A stretch of DNA of 64,000 bases from Massalongia carnosa (lineage: Eukaryota), in the NCBI GenBank assembly GCA_965645245.1, contig OZ287069.1, positions 2,356,001 through 2,420,000 of the forward strand, read 5' to 3'. Each line of letters starts with the position of its first letter. Position 1 is the first letter of the stretch. This document shows positions 1 to 11,892 of the stretch, piece by piece. The position numbers and the translations under genes were made by a program. The notes beneath the pieces are model-generated. The model had not been told where the DNA came from and made no database searches. It worked only from the letters and a program-made list of their open reading frames with translations.

Positions 1-2021
1 GAGCTTTCTTCATGAAATTCCTTCCAAGCTTGTCCAACCCATTGAGTAAGCATGATTCGACGATCCCCCACAGTGTATTTTCCCTGATTCCATTGCTCGA
101 AATGCATGTCGAAATGCATGTCGGCCAGCTCCTTTATTCGATTTTTAATGGGTTTGTTGACTGCTACGTCCAAAACTTGAACGTAGCCGGTGCAGCCCGA
201 GGGGATAAAGGAAGGGGTAATATTCAACTCTCGAAAAGCATCTCGAACCTACAAATCAGTCAGTTAATCAATTGTTATCTTATCAGATTAAAAGCATACC
301 TCGTCGGTTTTCTGTCCTCTGAATACGTCTAAAGTCAACAATCGAGGTGTAGCATCTCTGTCATGAAATGCCTCCGACCTCACCACGTGCCTCTATCACG
401 TGCCTTGATCTGATGACTACTCACGGACGTCGTGCCATGCCTTCGGGACCCTCATATCATTCTTCGAATTCGCCGATTACTGATCATTACTCAGCCTCGC
501 ATTGATGATTTATTCCCGTCTTTCGACTATTATCATGTCTAATAGCTTCGCATTGATGTTTGACATCTCCCGTCTCCTCGCTGACCCCATCGTGCTTATT
601 GCCGCTATAATGCCCCTCATTCATCATCGCACTGACTAGACATCATTCGCCGCCACCCTAGAAAGATGAATATGGGAGGACAAAGATATAAGAAAGAAGT
701 CGAATCATGGAAGTTCTGATTCTTTGTCGAACGTCTTGAATAGCCAACCTAGCCTAGCCTAGATTCATAGCTATAGACTCAATCAATAAGCTTGACCATC
801 AACCCACCTTGCCTTTGCCCTTGCCCTCGACCTGATTTCGTGACAATCTCGAGCATCTCGATTGACGAATCCGACGGTAGCGTACTTATATTGATGTTTT
901 AGCCATCGAATCATGACCGTGGTATTGCTCCATGCAGTATCATTCCATTGGACCGACACCCCTGTATGATACTGACTTATCTCCTTCTTTATACGACTGT
1001 TTTTGATTCCGTCTTTTCCCCTGAAGATAAGAAGCGGTTTGCAACGATTTATCCCATCAGCAGAGACGTATATCATTAGTGTAGCTTGTCTCTTATCCCA
1101 TCCCGATCTATGCGTCTTGGCCCATATCGTTTTAGCCCCCTTGAAGTCGTAGGTATGTCCGTCCAGAAATTCGTACGCAATTGGGGTTTGATCCATGTTA
1201 CCAATATCACAAAGACGATATCTTCCCCCTCCGTGCTGTGGAATTTGACCTATTAAGGGCTGAGAATTACGTCGATTGAATTGCAGCCAACTTTCAATAG
1301 TGGACCGCAAATTCTCGGAAACTATCTGTGATTTTTTGGTAACTGCTCGTGGAGAAATACCGACTCGATTCCTGAAGTTATTAAACCACCCAACAGAGAA
1401 TTTGAAGCCTAGATACTCATCTCTTTTCCCCGCTTTTCGAATAATTCGATGTGGATACAACTCGGCATATATATGTTTTGCCTGACGTATAATCCATCGT
1501 TTATCAACCTTCATTCCAGCTTCTCTTTTGTCTTTAAACAGCTCAATCAGCTGTCTTTCCAACTCCGGTTCCTGACAGCCAGTATTGAGAGGTCTGTTTT
1601 TTCTGATTCCAGTACTCATGTTTTCGATTACGGAGCTTGTTTTTAACCATCTACGAAGCATAGCTAGATCAATTCCTAGATTTTTTGCAGCTTCGTATTT
1701 ACTAATAAGCTTAAGAGTTCCGTCTTTTTGAGTCTTCCAAGTTGTTGTAGCATAGTTGATAGCAGCTAACTTATTCTCTCGTGTGTAGGATTTTCTTCGA
1801 CGAGTGATTTCATCATCCGAATTTCTATTAGACACGTCATCAGCCGATTCACGTATCAAACGAAACTGTTCAGTTATCTGAGTATTGTCTCCGAAAGATG
1901 TCTGAGATGACTGTGAATAGCCTGATTTTTTGACACTTGATGCCCATAAGCTTCTGGAAACAACTGATTTTGTACGAGGACCGGTACGAGTCTTTTTAGG
2001 AGATATATGTGGGGGGGCCAT
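1..2021 (-). pseudogene. pogo-family transposase gene (ATG 2021) disrupted by a solo LTR; 51-nt intron at 249-299; C-terminus outside window
   Basis: Removing 359-850 restores VNRDARDATPRLLTLDVFRGQKTDE. After a GTATGC...TAG intron the frame continues VRDAFRELNITPSFIPSGCTGYVQVLD...GKYTVGDRRIMLTQWVGQAW to position 1. Confidence 0.88.
359..845. mobile_element. solo LTR of an LTR retrotransposon (487 bp)
   Basis: TG...CA ends with short inverted repeats (TGTCATGAAAT / ATTTCGTGACA). A 5-bp TSD ATCTC lies at 354-358 and 846-850. Removing it restores the host transposase frame. Confidence 0.9.
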
Positions 2022-2030
2022 ATTGAGATG

Positions 2031-2126
2031 TATAGGAAGGGCAATGTATAGGAAGGGCAATGTATAGGGAGGGCAATGTATAGGAAGGGAAATGTATAGG
2101 AAGGGCAATGTATAGGAAGGGCAATG
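2031..2126. repeat. 16-bp tandem repeat x6 (TATAGGAAGGGCAATG) in the pogo 5' leader
   Basis: Six consecutive near-perfect units ending about 10 nt upstream of the transposase ATG. Confidence 0.95.
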
Positions 2127-3889
2127 ATCAAAAAAAGAGAAAATGTATTGGGGGGTGGCGGGAAATTTTTTTTTTCACCCGTTGTTATAAGCCCCTATTT
2201 GACTATAAAAATGATTTGGCTATTAACCCCTTTTGGCTATAAACCCCCGTTCAAAATCACCTCGGTTCAGTAATCTTAGCTATACGCCCCGAGGCTTATA
2301 TGGGAAATTATACGGTATCTAAAACGTAAATCATTCTCCAATCACCAAGAGCTTAGATCAATAAATCAAGCTCAATAAATATACATGTTAAATTCGTATT
2401 GAGTATGACGGTTAAAAGCTGCAATGCATATATGAGCATAATTATGACTCAAAGTTTTCCTTTTGCGATACGACATATTCTCCAAAGATTCAACAGAGAT
2501 TTGAAAATGCGGATAACGACCAAGCAGATTAATGGAGGTCTCAGCAAATAATAATATTAAGCTTTTCAGATAGAGTGTGTCAATTTTCCGTTTGTTCAGT
2601 TAGGAATCAACACTTTTGTCGTGAGCTTAACAGTAGGTCCACATAGAGCTGTTGGCCTTCAGATTGGGTCCATAAAAAGATAGAGTCGGATCAGCGGTTA
2701 TAATTAGAGCAAAAATGCCTATGGTGAATCAAAGACGAACTCATCGACTAATAGGAGCCATCGAACAAATTTTGGCAATGGTTCACTGACTACACTCAGC
2801 ATTTGCTCATAAAGATGAAACACCAGATGAACTTACCCCTTTGATGGTGCTCAATTTTTTCACAATGCTTTGCTAATAAAGGGCATCCTAACAAGGTTTG
2901 GTATAAGCTGAATAGTCTGCATCGCACCTTAAGCGTATATAGACAATCAGCTCACCGCTCAGAGGCTATGAAAGCTCCACAAAGAACTCAGTTCATGGCA
3001 GAGCCTCATGGGCTAATCAAGCCATGCCGAAGAGCACTAAGTCAAGCACAGCCATTTCCTAGGTATGACCTTCTTGTCGTCTGTGCCAAGCACATGCAAA
3101 GTTGATGAACTGTCAAGCCTGGGGTTCCTTGCCAAAGGCATGAAAACGAAAGCGCTTGCAAGTCTCCATTACCGTTGCTAATCTGCCCACCATACTATTA
3201 ACTAGATATGGCCTGGCAGTATTGAAGGGAAAACAGAAGCAAATCCAGACGGAGTTTAAGAAGTTGCAGAAGATGATGGACAAACGCGACCAGGCACGTG
3301 ACGCTCCCAGATGGAAGATTTTCCCGAGAGTTCCTTGATTCTTTTTTTACTGCACCCTTTCCGCCCCATTTCAGTACAGACGAGGCGGAAAGAGTTCTCC
3401 AAGACTCGGCGCTACCCATGGCGATGACGTGCTTGCACGTACGTTGTACGTTGTAACTTGCATAGTCGCTGGTGCCTTACAAATAACATAACCTTCCCAA
3501 AGGTCAGACATACGATATCAGGACTTTTGTGTTACCTATTGTTTACCCGATCATACAGTTCTGGCATGCGTATCCGTGGCGTAAAAATTTCAACCTCTTC
3601 CCAAAGCGTTGAGGATGGTAGGAGCAGGGCATAGAAATCTAGAGTTGATTAGTTGCAGAGAGGCCTAGTTTCTTTCCACAAAGGCGCCACAGCTTGACCT
3701 CATTCGGAGAACTGGCAGAATTTCCTATCCCCCCGTTCATACAAACAGGGCTAATCGCTCTTGGATCGTACGTAGCCTTGCGACCAACATCTCACGATAG
3801 TTGTGTGATACGCGCTGCGGTGTTGACATTGAATTCCAGGTCCTGAGAGACTTCAGGGTTTTCTAACTCCTCACACGTGCTGCTTCATC

Positions 3890-5035
3890 ATGATTACTTC
3901 GTTGTTAATGCTTTCGACACTGTGGAGGGCGCACGCGTTTGTTACTAAATCGGTTTTGCCGGCTACCCGAGTAATTGACCTCGTACCTTCTCTGATAACT
4001 CCAGGGCCTCAAGTTGACGATCAAGCAATCTTCGCCCGCGGGAATCTCGCAACTTGTGCCTACGTCAGTGGAAATGCGGGTGAGGAGGCACTCCCCTCTG
4101 ATTCGAACACTTCATACCTGATTCTCTCTTTCACGCAGCTTCTCCCTTGACTTGTCCCTCTGCCTACTCGTGCACCATGACGCAGAAGTTTTTTTTGGCC
4201 TGGGGATGTTGCGATCAGATCCAATGCAAGGGCCTTTACTTTACGTGCGTTGACTACGGGGCTCAGCTCTGCCCTGGGCTGGACAACTCTGTATGCTCAC
4301 AGATATACACATCAATCCTTTCCTGGTACGTCACCAATAACCCAGGCATTTCTTAGCCCCAAAAAATCAATCAGGCCTTCCAAGGCTAATGACTTGACCA
4401 GCTCGTCCGATGCCCCTTCTTGTTTCTCGTACGCACGATCCAAGAGCGTGGGTGATCCCGACGTTATATACTCATTAGGATGCGGCCAATCAGCTGGCTC
4501 CATCCTTGCTCTAATAACGCCCGTCACTGGGCAAGAAAAAGGTGGAAAAATCACGACAACATCTGGAGGTAACACCTCCCCGAGCGCAGGCACCGACGTG
4601 GTACAGTCAACTGATAACTCGGATGCCACTCCGTCCTCGGCTTCAGACAATAACCCCCCCTCATCCGCAAGCTCCTCGAACAGCAGCGGCGGCTCCTCCC
4701 AAAACAGCAAGTCCCTGTCCAAGGGTGAGATTGCCGCCATTGTGATCCCTTGCGTGGGCACGATCATCGCCATCATTCTTGCATGGTGGAAGCGGCATCA
4801 GGTGGTCTGGTTCTTCACCTGTGGCGCATATGGTTACAAATATTCCAAGAAGCCTTCGCGTGTCTTTGATGATGGCGGTCCTCATGCGATAGGAAACCCA
4901 TTGGTCCCGATGCCAACCCGGGGACCGATGGGGTACAACGCCCCGCCCCCGCCGCCACAGATGTATCATCCGATCAATCACACTCAGCAGAGTTTTCACT
5001 CATTTGGGCCGGCGCAACAGGGGTATTATCGGTAG
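3890..5035 (+). CDS. type I membrane/cell-surface protein (signal peptide, Cys-rich ectodomain, Ser/Thr stalk, one TM helix, Pro-rich tail); about 3 exons
   Basis: Hydrophobic N-terminus MITSLLMLSTLWRAHA. Introns at about 4080-4138 (GTGAGG...CAG) and about 4326-4401 (GTACGT...GCTAAT...CAG). TM segment LSKGEIAAIVIPCVGTIIAIILAWWKR. Confidence 0.75.
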
Positions 5036-6194
5036 TTTGTGGTGCATTTGTCTTCGACGGAGGGGCTTTTGGCTTGGGTGAAACATCCATTATTGTGGGG
5101 TTTAAAATTAAGAGTGCATCACCAATCATATCCTCTTTCTGGTTGCATTTTGTGGCAACTAAATTGCCTCGTGCGTATCTTGGACCGTGTCACGGAAGAA
5201 TCTAAAAAAGCTTTCAACCTTACTAACCTTCTTTCTCTATACCCATGAAAATCGCCCTTCTCTTCTTCTCTTGCAATGTACTATATAAATCTCGGCCTAA
5301 TCAGTACTGCCGTCTCATATTAACCTTCCGCACCAGCCAACTCCAAATCTCCAAACCTACGCCCTCTCTTTTCGTATAGCACCTCGAATCCCGCCAATGT
5401 TCGCACCGGAAAGGAACTCAGGAAACCGCCCGTTGGGCAAATCCGTCAGCCTCGAAATCCAGAGCGGTTGCTTTTACATTTACTTGCATCCCTTTCGGAA
5501 GTCCAAGTTTTCTTCCCCGCGGATTTATTCCCTAATGTCTCGGTATCTGTCCCTTGGTTTTGACGTTGAATGAAATGTCTCGTGTTACTTTCTTTATTTT
5601 TGGCTTTTTCTCTCTTTCGTCGTCTTGATATATATATCTCTCGATCCTCTATGATTCCTTGATGGAGACATATGTACTTCCCCATCACTCATCAATCCGC
5701 AGCCTCGACTTAACCAGAGGAGGCCACCCGAAAAAAACCCAAAATAAAAAAATCAACTCAACCTCACCCAATCAGCAGAAAACGACCACAACCATCCCCT
5801 TCCCTTACCAAATGAAAACCCCCTCACCCGCCACAAAATCAATACGTCGCCCATCATTTCCTCAAGACAAATAGCCAAACAACCAAACAAATCCAACCTG
5901 GGCCGAAACCAACGAAGTAGGCAAAGCAAGCAAAGCAAGACCGGATAAGACGATCATTGTCACGGGACGAAACTCCCAAGGTTCCGGGGAAGAGACGCCG
6001 AGGGAAGAGGGAAGGAAGGAGGATATATGGCAATCGTGCTTATGTTTTTTCCATAGCACATCTCCTACATGCGCAAATCAATCAACCGATGAATCGATCA
6101 ATCAGAGAGTCGGTCAAGTTGCGTTGCGTCGCCGCGCTGGCAACGTTCTCTTCGGTATCCGAACAAGGTGTTTGGTCGGTCAGTCGGTCAGCTA

Positions 6195-7527
6195 CAGTCC
6201 CGTGTCAAAAGTTTCCGACTCTACCCGTTGATTTCGCGTTTCAACCCCTCCAACCCATCAACTTTGACCTCATCATTTCACCATGCCACGCACTCCGTTG
6301 GCTTCAATTTCTGGTAATAAGCCTCGTAATACCGAATTGAATCAATGTCAAAGAGGTATGATTATTGGAGCCCAGGCGTTGGGTCATGCACCGGCCGAAA
6401 TTGCAAAGACATTAAATGTGCCTCGAACCACCGTCATTTACACTTTTCAAAAGCACTCAGAACGCAAAAACGAAAAGTCCAATCGCGATCGAGTCGGCCT
6501 GGAATATTTTCGGATCGCGATAGAAGACGTATCATCAAACTTGCACGAATCAATCCACGCATCATCTATGCGCAGCTGCGTACGGAGGCCGGGGTGCAAT
6601 GCAGTCGATCCACTCTCTATCGGACGCTCAAAGACTACGGTCTAACAAACTAGCTAGCTAAAAAGCGACCTTTATTGACGCTCGAGGTGGCAAAGAAAAG
6701 ATTGGAATGATGCTTGCTTCGGCGTGAGTGGACTTCTGAGCAATGGTCAAAAATTATATGGTCAGACAAGTGTTCGGTGGAAAAAGGGTCAGGAAAACAG
6801 CGTCAATGGATGTTCAGATTTCCGGAGGAAAAATGAAAAAAACCTATGATACAACCGTACGCCAAAGGCAAGAAGGTCAAGGTCATGATATGAGGGGCTT
6901 TTTCAAGGAGAGGAAGGTCAGATCTTTACAAATTGGCCCGCGATTTCGAAGCAAAGAAGATGAGGTACTCCGCGAATTCATATTTGGAATTATTGAACGA
7001 TAATCTGCTTGAAATTTGGAAACCGAGCCTCATTTTCATGCAGGATAATGCACCGATTCATACTGCCAAAAAGGTGAAGAAATGATTCAATGAAAACGGT
7101 ATAACAATCATCGATTGGCCTCCTTATTCTCCTGATTTGAACCTCATCGAGCACGTTTGATATGTGCTCAAACAACTCGTTTATCAAGTCAATCCGGATA
7201 TCGATTCGATGACTGATAGTGATGATAAGGTCCGCGAGGCACTTTGAAAAGCGTTGAAAGAAGCATGGGCCTTGATAGATGAGGAAATGTTGAGAAGTTT
7301 AATAGAGAGCATGGAAAAGGAGGATTGAAGCTTGCATTCACTCGAAAGGATGGTATACGAAATATTAAAAATATATTTCTCAGCCCAAATTCCTTGCTAG
7401 AAATGTATGTAATCATCGTACGAAGTTTCAAGGCATCAAAATAAAAACTTCATGGTTGATAATTCAAAGCAGTGGAGGGGGTAAAAAGTTGACTGGGGGG
7501 CTGTCGGAAACTTTTGACCTAGTACTG
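6195..7527 (+). mobile_element. decayed Tc1/mariner (DDE_3) transposon
   Basis: Flanked by TA on both sides. Imperfect TIRs CAGTCCCGTGTCAAAAGTTTCCGAC and CAGTACTAGGTCAAAAGTTTCCGAC (reverse complement). The transposase from ATG 6283 (MPRTPLASISGN...WSD...MQDNAPIH...WPPYSPDLN) has frameshifts and at least 7 in-frame stops. Confidence 0.92.
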
Positions 7528-8289
7528 TATAAGTAATGTAATAAGCGGTAGTTCTCCATAGGAGAACTACCATAGGAGAACTACCATAGTAGCCTTTTGG
7601 CTCAGTGGTCTAGGTGACTTTTAGTCTACTGACTATATATATTGTGCCTTATGGTCATTATCTCGCTTCGTCAAACAACTACCCGAGCATCCTAATTTTT
7701 GATGTTTGTCACCTGCCTTGTTTTTTATTATTATTAATTCATTAAGCGTATGCATCCTAAGGATATGACGTTATGACTGCTATTTATGTACATAAACAAA
7801 AGTCAGGAAATAGAAACCTGGCCCCCAGGGTAAAACCACTCCCTTGTTCCATATTAAACGCAACGAAATCGTTCTTCTACTACGCGGTGCATATACCCAG
7901 ATCTTCAAGCGCTAAGAATCCTGTAGACTCGATGAACTAGACAGTGTATCTCCACACGTTCGACGAACGTTCTCTCTCTTTAACCGTTTTGACTTAATGA
8001 AGGAAAGACTGGCCGTGATCGAGGGCATATCGTGGTGTCGTATAAATGAAGGTGTGGAAGTGTGGCCATTCCGAATGAAGGGGATTTGTATGCCTTTGAA
8101 GTGGTGAATGATTAGTAGAGACGTTGATCATTCAAACGGCCACCAAGGTGGGCTTCCGCGTCGGCGGTGATCAGATATTGGCCACCTCCGAGGAGGTGTT
8201 GATAGCCTGCACCACGTAGAGGTTTCTGACCTAGCAGGCCTCACCTGCCTTGTACTTCAGCTGATTTTCTAAGAACTTAGAACAAAATC

Positions 8290-8680
8290 AATCTGTGGAG
8301 TATATTGGATATTCTAATTATGATAATTTTACCAAAAAAAACAGATATTGTGAACAAAAACGAGTGAACAACATGGTGTGAAATCTAAAGTCCGAAGAAT
8401 TCAAAGTACTATTAATCAACGGAAGTTGATTTTAATCAAAGATATATTAATAAAAACAAGATTTTATAATAAGAGTATTTTTGAATAAAGATGAGTTTCA
8501 TCTATTATAATTGATTTAACCTTTCCAAAATTATATATATTCACGTAAAATTCCGTGTAAACCAACATTAAATAACGCGAATTTAATATTTCATGTTTCA
8601 TCAGAATTTATAATTAAATTCGTAAGTTTTACAAACTACACAATTTTAAAGTTTACATAACTGTTTAAATCTTCGAATGA
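8290..8680. repeat. AT-rich, heavily mutated repeat remnant
   Basis: Abrupt drop in GC with GG/CC depletion and no ORF. Confidence 0.45.
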
Positions 8681-8686
8681 TCCGTA

Positions 8687-11446
8687 ATGGACGGCAAACC
8701 CGAGCTGCTTCAGAAGACCTTGGATCAGCATGCACATCACCGAACTAACTATACCTCATCTTCAAATTCTGCTGCATCCCACTCACGCAGCTCGCATTCA
8801 TCTTCGCGATTGATCAATCGTGCTTCATCGCGAAGATCGTCTTGGCAACAAAGAGTGACGCCACGCAGAGCACCAACTTTGGCTCCTCCAACCTCATATC
8901 TAGCGAATCCAGTGGTAAGTCCTTGCTTGCCCTTCACCTTGATCAGTTAAAAAAACCAGCCTGCACGTCGACTGATTTTCTCCAAAATCTTATGTTATTA
9001 AATCATCTGTATCATAGGTACTTGTACCAGCACGCCCAATTTACATACCAAACCCTCATTGTCAACCTATTCTTCAGAACAAAAAACAGTCCGGCTCTTC
9101 CCACACCCAATCGAGCTTAAATCCACAAAGCCGGCCCCGTAGAAAGATAATCTCCAAGCGCATTCTTTCAGGCGGTTCAATATCCTTCCTTCTAGGGAGG
9201 CTGTCTCCGCTTCTAGGCACACAAGATGAGGACATAATTGAGGCATCGGCCGAAACCGTTGCGGATTATGTTGATTGGGAACAATTGCAGGCGTTCGAAC
9301 ATGACGCCTTTGAAGAAGAGCTGGCTAGAAAAGAGGATGAGGAGGAAGAGTATCGAAGGCGTGAAAGACTGCAGATGATGGATGAAGGCAAGAAGGGCCG
9401 AGGACGACCAAGCAAAATTAGGGTGGGAGGGTTGGGTTTATTAGCTTCTCAGGGCGGATTATTACGGGCTGTCATAACAGATAGCGAGGACGATTCATCA
9501 GGAGCCGACTCTGCAGATTCTTCGATTGAAAGCGAGGGTATGATTAAAGTTCCTCTAATTCTACCGTCTTTTTGTATAGGTCACTAACTGCAAACTTTAA
9601 AGATGAAAATCCGGAGCCACCAGTTAAAGCCATGTTGCCAAACCAGGGTGCAGACAGCCGTCACGTCCATTTCAGAATCGAGATTCAGTCACCGTGGCCC
9701 AAACAAAACCCGAAAGCGCCAATACCGCCAATACCGCCATCAATCCTCGATCGTGGGAAAGTAAAAATCAGGTCTGAATTCAGCAAAGTCTCAGAGAAGC
9801 CAAAAGGTAGACCGCGAGGCAGACCCAGGATCAAACGTGTTTTATCGGTTGCGAAGGTGCCGAACGCCATATTTGATGCTGTCAGCATAGATGTCAACAG
9901 CAAAGCCCTGTCCGCTGCGGATAGAGTTTCTCAGTCTTCTAAAAACAAATTAAGTGTGAAACCCTCTTCGGGACATGTTCAAGGTCTGCAACCAAGTTAT
10001 AGCCAAAATGGCGTTAATCCCTCTTTAATACAACGTGCTTTTGGCGTGAAAATGACCAATGGTGCCAATGGCGTCAAGAGGCCTATAGCGACAGCCGAAT
10101 TTCGAGAAGTCCCGATGTTTAGGGCGCACAGTTCAGTAGAAGAGCCTTGCCTTGAGGATATTGGCAGCCCGAATATCGCCAATATCAGCAAAGCCTTGCT
10201 ATGCCAGTTTGACGCTCAAATGAAATCTGTTCCTTCCCACAAACAAGATGATGGCCGGACTATTCAAAGCCTCATGTCTGGCCCGATGCATGAAACTGCT
10301 CTCCAAGAAACCGAAAGTACTGACAACGCTCTCCTTAAAGATCGCTCATTCCAAGAGCAAGGCAATATCCCACCCCAAAAAAAGAAAAGAACGCCCCATT
10401 CTCCTAAGTATATAGCTCATCGAAGTAGACGATTGCTGCATAACGTTAGATCGGTCGACCAACCCAACAATATGAGTGAGTTGGAGACTACCGACGTTGG
10501 CGGTAGCATTCAGGTCCGGGGAAAGAAAGACGACTCGGAGTCCGAAGAACGAGTTGTTCTTCTTCGTCAATTTCAGCACGAGACTCTGACAAATTCCGCT
10601 GCTCGAGCAACCCTAAATCTGAATTTAGTAGCTCAGGAGGTTCCAGGTGCTAAATCGGTAAACTGGAAATCTAGAACTCGGAATATTCCAGCTCTGCAAA
10701 CTCTCAAGTCACAGCTTCAAACTCCAAATCCTACAGTTCAAGAGACTTCAAACCAACGGCCGTTGGTTCATAATGTATCCTCTGGAAGATCGTTAAATTT
10801 GCATGCTCCGTGCACCTTGGCCTCGTCCTCATCCGAGTCAACAACCCCCGACATCGACCTAGAAACATTTACAAACACCATCAACCGACAACCTCCGCCA
10901 CAATATCAATCCCAATCCTACAAAAAAGCCTCACAAACCGTTTCAAACATTAGCTCCGACGATGACGATGAGCTCTCAAGAGCTGAACTTTTACTCCAGG
11001 AAATTCCACCTAAATCCACCAGCCAAAAGGCTATGTCCGCTAACTTACGCCCTTGGATTCAACCTTCAAACATCAAACCCCCGACCTCTTCTCTCCAGCC
11101 GCCAACACTTTCCAAAACCCCACCCTACTTCCCACAAAACCAGCTTTTTCCTATTCCCCCCCAATCCGTCGCGCACAGAAACCTCAAACCTATCCCCAGT
11201 CTTCGAAAATCAATCCTCAGTCCCAGCAAAAGGCTGAGCATGACGGCACCGTTCCCGTCACCGCATCTTTCGGTAACAAGCCCTACACAAAACGTATTAG
11301 CCGATATATCAGGGCGGCCTGGGAGCGACGCGGCTTCCTTCCCCTCAGATCGAACATCCTGCTCTGCGGCAGCAGATGGCCAATTTGGTGCTTTAAATAC
11401 AGGGGAAAGGGCGACGGGGTCTTGGGAACGAAAGGGGAAGGTGTAA
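8687..11446 (+). CDS. hypothetical low-complexity nuclear protein with AT-hook-like motifs; about 3 exons
   Basis: Introns at about 8915-9018 (GTAAGT...TAG) and about 9538-9602 (GTATGA...CACTAAC...AAG) join the ORFs. Motifs KKGRGRPSK and KPKGRPRGRPRIK, with a 624-codon terminal ORF. Confidence 0.7.
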
Positions 11447-11892
11447 GGAAGGGTTTCTTTAGAAGCCAAGATGGCAGGGGATTACTTGAGCATTGCTTTC
11501 ATTCCTTAGGACAGGCGAAATTCGACTGATTCTAGGGATCGGGAACTAAACTCTAACCCTGCCCACTTTTCGGCATCTAAGAAAGGCCAAATAGAGCTAG
11601 CAAAGTATGTTGCTAGTTAATGAAGAAGGCTAAATGAACTCTATCAATTCTTCAACATTCGTGTAACAAACATTTTGTGCAAGCGCAGCGATTTAGTGAC
11701 CTTCACTAAGACTTAAATGATGGACTACGCAGTTTGATTTGCAAATAGTGAGTCCACGGCGTAGGTACCAATAATATCTTGGGGTATTTATGCAATATCA
11801 GACAGAAAACCATCCTTATGAAAAAGGGGCGTTCTAGCTATAGCTGCCCCCTTCCACGATATACAGGGCCTACGGAGTACTCCCCGCACACC

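Larger units (their letters stand above)
1..2315 (-). mobile_element. pogo/Tc5 (DDE_1) DNA transposon, 5' part; runs off the left edge and is interrupted by a solo LTR
   Basis: The minus-strand 5' terminus reads CCGTATAATTTCCCATATAAGCC from 2315 and is preceded by TA (2316-2317). It encodes a transposase with a CENP-B/Tc5 HTH (FKFSVGWFNNFRNR) and DDE_1 motifs (GNMDQTP; LLTLDVFRGQ; IPSGCTGYVQVLDVAVNKPIK). Confidence 0.9.

Noticed and set aside
2022..2108. N-terminal LPIHCP repeats of the 441-aa ORF
   Set aside because: They are translation of the 16-bp minisatellite. The likely start is ATG 2021.
7591..7615. U2 snRNA- or tRNA-like GCCTTTTGGCTCAG
   Set aside because: No GTGTAGTA branch-pairing sequence and no T-arm follows.
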